Source of the DNA: Catajapyx aquilonaris
Lineage: Eukaryota
Direction: 5' to 3'
Assembly (NCBI GenBank): GCA_000934665.2
Contig: JYFJ02000549.1
Span: forward strand, 62,001 to 123,177
Length of the DNA: 61,177 bases
The notes under the pieces are model-generated. The model had not been told where the DNA came from, did no database searches, and saw only the letters and a program-made list of their open reading frames with translations. Positions within the stretch are counted from its first letter, which is position 1. Each line of letters opens with the position of its first letter. Made by a program: the position numbers and the translations under genes. This document shows, piece after piece, positions 1 through 10,700 of the stretch.

Positions 1-100
1 TTGAGATTTTGATAACATAACCAGGCGTAGTTAAATTCACGTAACTGCAAATATAGCTGTCATGAACCTATCATAAATATCACCACCTAATTCCTTTTAG

Positions 101-139
101 GCTGGTAGATTCGGAGATTCGCGGCATCAGATCTCAGGT
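101..139 (+). CDS. Candidate upstream microexon of the Rab11-FIP3/4 gene (39 nt; LVDSEIRGIRSQ if phase 2-2)
   Basis: Branch point cctaat, tract ttccttttag at 91-100, donor gtaagc at 140; length is a multiple of 3 and it is stop-free in the frame needed to join 1689. Confidence 0.4.
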
Positions 140-1440
140 GTAAGCAGCTGTCGATGACTTTCTATTTAAACTTTCATAATATTTATTACTGATGAGAGCT
201 GCACAAACTTACCAGTCGCATTGAAATCACGCGTGCAATAACTTCCCCGAGTTGGTGGTCATAACCACTATCGCGCGGAGAGTGCGACATTATCCTGGCA
301 TGTTCATTGCCATGGGAAACAATACTGCATCAACACGAGCATATTCTCATTTGCAACAATGATGAACAGTAGACAATGCTAAATGACGCGATAAAAACGG
401 CATGTATTTTTGCAGGATTTGCACTGAGATACTGTACGTATAATTCATAATATTATTACGCAATAATAAGGACAGTGTCAATGTGCCACATGATGTTAAT
501 TTTCCTGGATGATTTCTTCGTGCATTTTTTTACTCCACTCCATTTGTCTCACGTGACTGTAAAACAATATTACATACATTCATCTGCAATGTAAATAAAG
601 CTGCTGGGAAATACACATCACTGTAGCATCAGGTAAACACTTGGGCATACAGTAGTTGTTTTGTACTTGCAATGAAATGTATGAATAAAAAATCACGGAG
701 TTTATGCATATTTGTACCAAAAATCGAATGCAAGCCAATATCACCTTTATACTGTATATTTGCAACATTTAATATTATTTTACTTGTACCCTTTGCTTAT
801 AAACTCCCAAGTAATTTCGTAAATTAAAGTAAGCTTTTAGAGTACATTCCAATAAGGATAGAATCCAGTATAAATTCAAATGCAGTACCAGCATTTTAAA
901 AATAAACTAGGCTCTCCCCTTCACCATTTACGAAACATAGGGTTGCTTGTATGAAAGCAAATTAGATAACAGTTTACGTACATAATTATATTTACAAAAC
1001 ATAATACGACATAATCGAACCCCTTTCGAGTTGATGCAACCGGCCCATAATCCACATGACTTGCTTGTGACACCCTAAACAGATGTGGCACATGGTGATA
1101 TCCTAAGAGATAAGTAATTACCTGTTTTATTAAATAGATCCGCATTATCCTGGCCGCATATGAATTGGGCAGACGTTGTAACATATCGAAGAAAAATATT
1201 GCCCTGAAAAGGTGCAATGGGAATCTCATGTACAATATCATGTGCCATTTGAGCCACGAATGTATAATATCATTAATATGAATAGCCCAATAGAACAGCA
1301 GTCAATGTCCAGATTTAAACAGGGTAGACATGGGCCCTTGTTGTATTGGGCGATTCACATATAGGTAGACTCGCGGTTGAGTGACAGCCAGACTTACAAG
1401 TCCGTGTATAAGTCAGTCAGTCGATCGCAGGTCTACCACA

Positions 1441-1784
1441 ATGACCTCTGGGTGCATTTTTTTGGCTGAAGATGTGGCTCTTCATGCAGAGACGTGCACT
1501 GTTGTGATTTGGATTGTGACCATGTTGACTGTGTACCTAGCTGGTTCTGTCCTGTGGCACTGCCGCCGATTCTTGAGCCTCCCGTCCCTATTGGTTGAAA
1601 GAGACGATGGCGAAAGAGAACTCCCAGCCATAGACCACTGTGATACGAAGAGTTCAAGTGACCTGAGTCATGTGTGTGTTTTTTCCAGCCAATGCTCCAG
1701 CATGTCGGACAGGGAGGAGAACTTCGAGTGCTATGGGGAGGCTGACGAACTCGACATGGACGGGGATGCTGCCAACAACAGAGG
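1441..1784 (+). CDS. Candidate alternative first coding exon (5' extension of exon 1689-1784) with a hydrophobic segment
   Basis: ATG at 1441 (acaATG) is in frame and stop-free into the conserved exon; VVIWIVTMLTVYLAGSVLW is followed by HCRR; TCAGTC initiator-like motifs at 1413-1422. Confidence 0.45.
1689..1784 (+). CDS. nuf: Rab11-FIP3/4 exon (96 nt, phase 2-2): [32 protein letters not shown]
   Basis: Acceptor gtttttccag at 1688, donor gtgagt at 1785; EENFECYGE resembles the EEQFEDYGE motif of class II FIPs. Confidence 0.85.
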
Positions 1785-4700
1785 GTGAGTCTGTACATGC
1801 ACCTAGGTTTCAGGGTCCATGCCAGTGGCATGCTGTGCAGGCAGGCAGCCCTCTGTGCTGCAGTCAAATGAGGTGCATGGTCCTATATCCTTGTAACAGG
1901 GCATTTCCTGAGTGCACATGTCGGTTGTCCTGCTGATGGAGACGTCAAATCGGTGATGTCAAGTGCTTGCCACCTTGTTCGGCTTTGTACCTGTCGAATC
2001 TCTATTGGCCTGAATACATGCATCGTGACCGATGGTAGCGAAAAGAGACTGTGGCAATGCGCATGAAAAATTCGTAATTGTAAAATATGATTGGGAGGTG
2101 TAGCCGCAAGAGCACGTGTTTGACTTGTGTATTGTACTGTGTTTGTGGGCCGATGTGCTTATGTTCCTTGCGATCGTGGGTGTTTCAGTGACGATGACGC
2201 TTCCAGAAGTCCTCAGGGACAAGGGCCTTTCATCCGAAGGAACACGTGGTTACGTACAAGTCTCAGGCGATCACCCAGGTCAGCAGCTTACTCTCCCACC
2301 TTTTTTATTTGCCATGCATGAACCTTGAATATTGTATTGTTGACCGTCTCAATCGTGAGGTTGTGTCGCTTTGCCTGCATTTCTTACATAGTGGACGCTT
2401 ACATTGCACCTCCCTTTAGCAATAAGCATTTACCGGTATTCAAATGTCCCGTAAGTTGCCCTAATCGCCACATCAGCTTGTAACTGTCACGTGGAACAAC
2501 GATGGCACTCTTGGTAGACGCCGTTGCAGTGTTTTGCAACTGCGATACACATCAATACATTTCTTGGGATGATCCTACGAAACACGGCAACCCACTTACA
2601 CGAACATTTCGTCTGAAAAATATATTATCCATCGATTTCATGAAAGCAAACTAATGCGCAATTCTTGGAGAGCCATTACTGTACATCATCAATGACAGTC
2701 ATAACTCTGATGTGTCTATGCGTAACTTTGGGACCGTCTGTACTGTACGAATGACGGGAGAAATCTTTCCAATTGGCAGCCACAACAACGAGCACCTTCC
2801 TCAACGTCGGTGGGGCTCTTTCCGACAGTAAGCCAATTCTTTATCTCGTGTATTTTTTATTAATCTCACCTATAGTAACTGGTTAATTGCACCTAATAAT
2901 ATGACGTCGTCAGTTGCCATGTTCGAATGGATTCGGCTTCTTAGAAATGGCCAGTGTCTCTAGGTCCTCCCAGAAGTCGATTCCATCCAGCATAGTAACA
3001 ACGAAGGTAGCTTTCTGCTGGGTCGCTTTGTGTGCACTTCTTAGCCATTTGGTCATTGACACCGCAGCTTTGACAAAGTAGCTTACCTGAGGGGGAAAAA
3101 AAGAGTCAGTGGTTCGAACCTCCATTGGCGCCAGATTGTCCCATCTGGCGGCCCAAGACAACAACATTGTGAGGCATCGATCGAGTTACACTGACGACTG
3201 TATGGGGTAGGGAAGGGAGGGCAGTAGTAGTAGGGGTGAGTACGTGGTCAACAGCAGACCCGAGACTCCAGCTGCGACAAAGGTGTAAGTTGATGACCAT
3301 TTGGTCTTCTGATCGGCTAGGGACACTGCATGGCCAGCTTCCTCTCGCTTGACTGCATGCTGCCCATCGGAAGCCACATCCTGCTAACAATGACGCATCT
3401 TATTATTGTGGTCTCTTGCCTATTCCCATGGCTTTGAGCATACGGGCGTCCGAGGGAAAGTGGCCATTGAGGGGAGTGGTGGAGGCAGGTGGTGGACTGT
3501 GGGGGAGGGAAAGTGAATGTTGCTTACCTTGGTTTTCTTTCACTTGTCTTTCAGCTCCAGCAAACGGCTGGGATCCAACGCACTGGCCAGGTCAGTACAC
3601 ATTTTAACGTTACGTTGCATTCTATGGGCAGTCGAGTGGCAGCGCACACAGCTGTTGACATTCGCTCAAAAAAAAGTTAACCTCGTGCTTTTGGAGGTAT
3701 TATCAATCCACGATGTTGCGCAATCTTATTCAGGGTGTAATCAGGAGTATTGGATTCCAAGCTTTGAATATATTATGGGCTGAATGGGGGCCTGTGGTGG
3801 GCTGGTTGTGCTCAGGTATTCATGGCGGGGGAACTACAAGAAACTGCGGGGAAAAAATGTGGAGATGACATATGAAGGTGGTGCGCAAATTGTGCATAGT
3901 TAATTCTGGCGTGACTATTTTTTAAGGGCAGGCGCGGGAGGTTGGATACAAATTATTGACAAAAATGTGACGTGTAGGATGAGGATTGTATAAGGTGGTC
4001 TGCACTGTGATTGCATGACTGGATCTGTATACTACGGTGGGTTTCAACATTGGGACAGTCGTTCTCTGTTTGACTTATTTAAGGAGAGCGGAAGGCATGG
4101 TGACGGATGACGTGTGTTTTTCTCCAAAAGTTAGACGTTCCGTTTGGTGTTTTCCAAATGGCGATAATTTGCGTCAATTTTAAGTACAGGCCTGGTGTGC
4201 CAGGATGCGAATCATCCCATTGTTGGCATAGTGGACGTGACATAAGCATACTTGAGTAATACTGTCCCATTGTGCTAAAGTCCTTGAATCTGAAGGTAAT
4301 TTTCGGCGCACATCATAACGCCGTTTTATATGGGTTATGCGAAAAACCATACACGTGAGGTTTCCTTGGAAGGAGGAAAAAACTGTTCTCATGTCATTCT
4401 TGAGTGAAAAAAATCGCTTAATTTTTCCTTTGCTTCACTCTCTCACCCTAAAACCTTTGAAGCGCTTTTTATTGTATTTGGTGGTGCCAGCGTTATAGAT
4501 ACAGTAAGCTGTCAGGCAATCAGCTGATACATGCCGCACAATTAACTTCCAGGTATAGCTAGTTTGGTGCGGGGTTTATAGTGGCTATTTTCCACATGTG
4601 TAACCACGCCAGTATTTATAGGCAGTTGAGCGTGGACACAGTCGGTAATTGGCTTTTATAGTGTTAGTGTGCATTATTTTGTGGGATGTCTTGTGGCTCT

Positions 4701-7700
4701 TGGTAACGCTGAAATTATAGCAATATGTACCAGTATGAAGCGTAATGCACTGTAGAATTGAGAACCACGTATACTCTGGAGATGCCAATGACTGTCGCCA
4801 TGGAAAAAGTGAAGCAGCGGAACAGAATAATGAGTGCCACTTTGTTCCAGCGATTATGGGGCAGGCAATGTCGCGCGGAGCATAGTAATCAAGCAAGGGC
4901 ATATACACATGGGCAGGGCAAACCGGATGGACCTTCTTCCCGTGTCATTTTACCATTGGAAATCATAGTGGGTCACATCCTTAGCATGTTGGCGGTCGTA
5001 CTGTACACCAACCTTTCTCCGGTCCAGCTTGGAAGATGGGGGCACAGACAGGAAGAAATGAATAGCGATGGATAGTTGTCCTTTTGTTTCTGTTTCTGTT
5101 TTTGTTTCTGCCTCCCATGTACTACTACCGTTTGAGATATCATCTGATGCTAATTTCTCCAGAAGTGGGAGCACAGGAAGCGAAAGATGGGAAGCAACTG
5201 TAGTGAAGAGATTGGTCGAGATATGTTGAGTGGTTGGCTGCATGACAATAAAGGCGGCATAGCTGGTGAAACTGAGTTGCATCGCGATTTGTGCAACGTA
5301 ACATGCACGCCATAAGTAGAGGTGACAGCATGCATTTAAATTACTTTTACACGAATGTGGAACTACTGAGTCTAAATTTATCTTATACGTTCAGTAGTAA
5401 AGCGAGTTTCGCGTGCGCATCTATAGGACCACCGCCCACAGAAATCTCGGGCGTTTCGTTACCTGAAGTTCACAAGTTTGATGTAATCTCGGCGATGAAG
5501 TTCACTAATCCTCGCTTGATTCGTGGCACCAATCCATATTAAGAGATAGCAATAGCTGTTACAAACACGGAGCCAGTTCCATTTTGGGATATTGCGCTTA
5601 GAAATAGCCTTTATTTGCATGCTTACACCATTGGGTTGTAAAGTGGTCATGCAAAGCGATTAAGTTATTTTGCATCACATTTTAGTGCTGGCTATAAATG
5701 GCCAATAGTGCTGGAATGGGGAAACTTGCATTTTCAACTGATACTAGCCCGGAAAGTGGTGCCGAAGACAATATTCTAGCCAGACCATATCCATCTACAC
5801 AAATCCTTATCTGGCCAAAATCTAGCCGCCAGGAAATCTGGCCACGCTGAAATTCCATCCGTCAACTAGGATGGTCGACCCTAGTTGGCCCTCGGCTGCT
5901 AAAATGTTGGAAGCTTTTATTGCGCAACATGGGCAACAAAGGAGGTCCAACATGTTTCATTGCCTTTTGGCACGCAGGCTTGGCTTTGAAAATGTGCCAG
6001 CCAGTGATTGACTGTGACGAATGGCTGCATTGGGAAGAGATAGGATTTTTGTTTAGTGTGTCTGTGGAGCCATGGGGCCAACGCCCACCATGGTAGAATG
6101 CGAGGGCGGAAGGAGGGTGAGTGGAAGAGAGGGGCGATGGGGGTAGGCAGGTATGCCCATGCACCTGTAACCAACCAGTGTCCTCACATTCACCTGTGGG
6201 GCTGGCTGGCTGGCGCTGGGTGATACAGGCCAATGCTTTTTCCACCGTCTCTTTTCGCCTTTCATTCGGTCTATGGAAGTGGTACGAGGCTGAGCTGACT
6301 TGGCCTCAGGTGAGTTTGGATACGACTAACCACACGTGAAACGGCAGGAACATTTTTACGACCAAATTTATCATGGCGGAGTGTTGTGACGTATGTAATG
6401 CGTGCCAGGGCGCCATGTTGTGATATGCAGGGTGCCGCCTTATTGCTGGTGAGAAGTATTTCAATTTTGCCTTTGAGAGCTGCTCCACTTAGAAGAGGAG
6501 CCAGGAATTTTTTTAAAATAAAGTTTTGGCATTACCACGTAAGGTCTGGTACGAAGCTCCTATTTTTGCAAAAATGTGGGAGAGTACTGCACTTTGGGGC
6601 TATCGATGCAGAACATCTGAACTGTAACGAAGTATTATTAGCATCTGGTGTTGCGGCTCCAGCCAAGCCTCCCCTCGAGTTAATTACATGATTCGCCTAC
6701 ACAGTTCTATAACTAATATAGAATCACGCTTCAACTCGCATTTTCGAAGATATCAGGTAACACTGCATCTGCGAAGTAGGCCCTATATAATTCGAGCCCT
6801 ATCCCCTATACCGCACCTGTTGTCAAAAACCACGTGGAAATGACTAGTCATTTCCGCCATTCTGTGAAATCTGTGAAATGGCGCAAAATTGCGGGTTTCC
6901 TAATTTTGTACGCCAAGATTAATGAGCATTTTGCGCACCGTTTAAAATCGTTACCTCACACCGCATTGGCAAATATCGAGAGAGCCCAGATTGAGCACAT
7001 GATTGACGAAACAGGCGGTAGATGTGCCTGGAGTGGCTGCCGGTGCGCCTCCAACCGAGAGGGAGCAGAACTTGTGTGAAGGTTTGGCGGTTTGTTTGAA
7101 CGTGTGTTTGCCCACCAAAGGCCCCTGTAGCTTAGTGGCAGAGCGTGCACTCCTTCACGGGGTGTAATACCCAGGTTCGATTCCTGGCGGGGGAAACAAC
7201 GTGGCTGCAAACTCATCGACTGCCCAAATATTGCATTTTGGATAGAGTGTGACATGTTTTTTTCCAATGTGAATACAGCCAGCTGTACCGCAGCGCCAGC
7301 TTCAACTCGTCGGGTCGCAGCTCCAACTGCGACGGGGATGACATGTACTCGGACGTCTCGCTGGAGGACGACGTTCTGGACCTCAACCACAAGGTGGGTT
7401 GCGTCTTCGGTTAATTGACCAGCCCCACCCTTGTCTTGATGATGGCAGTTGTAAATTCTGAGCTAGATTCCTTACTGGTGGCTTCCCAATTGCTTGTTAC
7501 TTTCCAGCACAAGGGTCAGTGTACTTATATCGATTGTTCGGTCCCGTGATTGGCATATGGGCAGAGTGCCGAAACTCTGGGCGAGAGAGGGGAAAAAAAG
7601 TGGGGCCGTTGACTGGTAATGTAATAAATACTGTGGAACATGTTCAGACGGATTTCCTACTGGCCCTGCTGGGAGCTAGGGAAACAGCTACGAAAGTGGA

Positions 7701-10700
7701 TTCTGTTGCCGGATAATGTATACAACAATGTTCAAATGTTTCAAAGCTGTAATACGGTGTAGTGAAGCGAAATTAGGCCCGCGGGAACTTTATTATTATC
7801 CGAGAGTGGTCCACAGGCTCACAATCACTGCACATTATTTTGGTTGTTCAAAACATGAAAGTTACTTATGATTGATAATGTGGTATTTAAACATGCGCAG
7901 AAAACCACAAATATGAACGCATACATATACGATTTCTCCATCTTCCTTATTGGGGATTCCCTCTGCCTTCCATTCTCAGCTGGCCACCAGCCCTGCTTCC
8001 TCCCTCATAATCGAGAATAAAATCGCAGTAATGGTTCACATATTCGTGCAACATGCTACTGTATTTTGTTTCCTCGTGCTCCAACAATGCCAATGCAGAA
8101 GTGTAGATTCATGTGTAATACACTTGAATTGTTATACTGTTGTTAAACTGCTTTAAAAGCAACCACATTCATGCAATTGTTGTCTTGGTCATGCGCCAAA
8201 TGGATCAGATTACAGCAATATAAACTGAAATGAAATGCTGAAGATTCCTTTTGCTTGTATAACGTGAGCCTAACTTGTTAGAAATTTCATCATTTTGATT
8301 CTCGTTTAAAATAGCGATGTTTTATGAGTCACCTCTGTTGTTGCAAGAGACGCGAATAATAATAAAGGCGAATGCAAGTGCTTGCGTCAGTAATTAAGTG
8401 CACAAGCTGCTTATTGCCAAGGTTTTTAACATTCACGAATATAAATCAGACAGCTCATGTCTTTCAGCAAAGGACTGGCCTTCGCACAAAGAAGCACAAT
8501 AAGCACAAAACTGAAAAAAGTGGCCTTCCTGAATCTTGAGAAGTGTTACTAGAGTCTTATTTGTTTTAGGTCATATCTGAAGTCTTCCTTTGGCAACAGT
8601 GTGGACGGCATGGGTCAAGGAATTTGATTCCCGTCCCTGCGATACTCCCCAGCACATGTATGGTTTTTTGCCTGCATTTCTTCACTGCTTTACAGGCTCT
8701 TCGTGGGCATGAAACTCCGGCTTAAAAAAACCGGCTTTATGATTCATAAATCACAGTCTCAAGTAGAAAGTCCATAATCAAATTACTTTTAATCGCTTAG
8801 GGGAAAAAAGATGAGGGTTGCCTAAATATAACTGGCTGAATCGCAAAGGGCCTTTCATACGATTCATCTCAACCTCTTCATCCAAGTTTGGGCGTGGCAC
8901 ATACCAAAGTGCTCCACCCCGATTGTGAACAGCTGGGCGTGACAGTACCCCTATCTCGGCCACTAATTTAACTTCGGAGGCTCATTTGGGCTGTAATGTT
9001 AGCTGAACCCACAATTTTTTTTAAAAAATACGCGGGCAGCAAGCGGCGATATTCGATATGGTGGCGTCAATAGTTCATTGCCCGGTATGATATGGGAGCT
9101 TTTTGATGTGAATTATGAGTCAAGGGCACAGACTAATATCGTGGAAGACTAAGAAAGACGCAGGACTATCCTAATTTCCATGCATGTGACACCACTTTTA
9201 TTATTTTCAAACGCATATATGGTTGTAGATGCAGCATAACGACTACTATTCCATTGCATGCATGTAAATAAAAAATGATAGCGTTTAGTAAACACGGGCA
9301 GGGATAAAGGGGCCGGTGCGAGACGGAAGTGCTTCCTGATGCGCCACATCCGGTGGAAGTACCCGGCACAAGGCCTGACTGAAATGAACTTATGACGACA
9401 ATCAGGTCCAGGTCCGACACAGGCCTCCCCCTCCTGTTGCAAATTGCTCTACTCCAGGTTCTATTCGTGTGAACTGTTTTGGCTTGTAGCCTGACCTTTT
9501 GCAAAAAAATAAAAAAATAGTTGGCGTAACTTAGTATAGCCTTGGGAAGTCAGTTTGTGATGTTCTATAATGTGCTGACGTCACGGGATGCTAGATAGGA
9601 GTCGGGGCCTTGGACAACGTATGTGACACTTCGGGATAGAATCGGATCGTACTAGGTCAGACGCCAATTCAAAAGTTGGCTACAGACGACAGGCTTCTCT
9701 GAAAAGTAAAAATAGGGCCATAACTTATAGCTTATCCCGATTACTCGTTCCTTCCAAGAAGGTTAGTGATTTATCGGCTATGACTTACAGTTTTCCGTTC
9801 TTTATCTTATACGATGGATATCGACTGTCAGGTAGTACTCTTCCACCCACATGCAATATCTGTTTGATAATTGCCAGATGAACTCTCTCAATTTGCAGCC
9901 GTTTTGGCCATTCTCAGAGCACTTGGACAAATTCCAAAGCCACCTGAATATCTCCAAAAAAAGGCTACCAGTAAGACAATATTCCGATTGCGTAACAGGT
10001 GGGGACAAAATTGCGCGCGCGACTTACTGCAAAAAGCGCGTACCGTGCTGAATCCATGTGTCAGTGTACCGGAAACCATGTCAGTGGTTATATTCCGAGC
10101 ATATCTGTCGAAGAGGCGCCTTAGGGAGTCTCGAAGGAAGTAGTGGGTGGGCTCTGAAGTCAAGTAAGGAAGGCGGAGTATAGCAGCCTGGTGGTGTGGG
10201 AGAGGGGGCGCGTATCGGACGTAGCTACGTACTGTACGTAGTAGGCTGCAGGCCTGTGGGTGGGTAGGTCGGTCGGAGCCCAGAATAGTGTGATGGCCAG
10301 CTGCATGGTGCTGAGAGTAGTGCGGAGGATGAGTCGGTAGCTGAGGAGGGATGAGCATCAGTGTGTCGGATTCCGGGGAAGGAGACGCGGACACTCCGGA
10401 TCTGGACTTGGATTTGTGGGAAGGACAGTTTTGTCTACAGTGTGGTACAGGGCATAGTAGCCCGAGTGTAGGATCCATTTCGTCTCTGGCCTTTTCGCCG
10501 CCGCTTAGTCCACGTGCCAACGGGTTTAAAAGTTCGTGGTGTGGCGATGTCATGTCCAAAGTGAGTCAGGTGCGTTGCGTTCTAACTTACTAGATCTTTC
10601 ACGCCGTTTGATTCCGGATGCATGGGAAATACTTCAGTTGGTGCTAAAATCTCCTGAAATTATGTTCCAGAGTCCATAGTGCCTCTGCTACAGCACAAAA

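Noticed and set aside
5163..5315. Acceptor tgctaatttctccag followed by a short open frame
   Set aside because: In the FIP phase it stops after about 22 codons and has no conserved motif.
7121..7195. Calling the UCA-centred cloverleaf tRNA-Sec
   Set aside because: It lacks the long variable arm, extended acceptor/T geometry and long D stem of tRNA-Sec.
6956..7390. 144-aa minus-strand ORF
   Set aside because: Antisense to real exon 7279-7393 and runs through the tRNA-like element.
9888..10559. Longest ORF in the track (223 aa, minus strand)
   Set aside because: Antisense shadow of the GC-rich candidate first exon 10351-10560 and its leader; Pro/His/Ser-rich with no domain.
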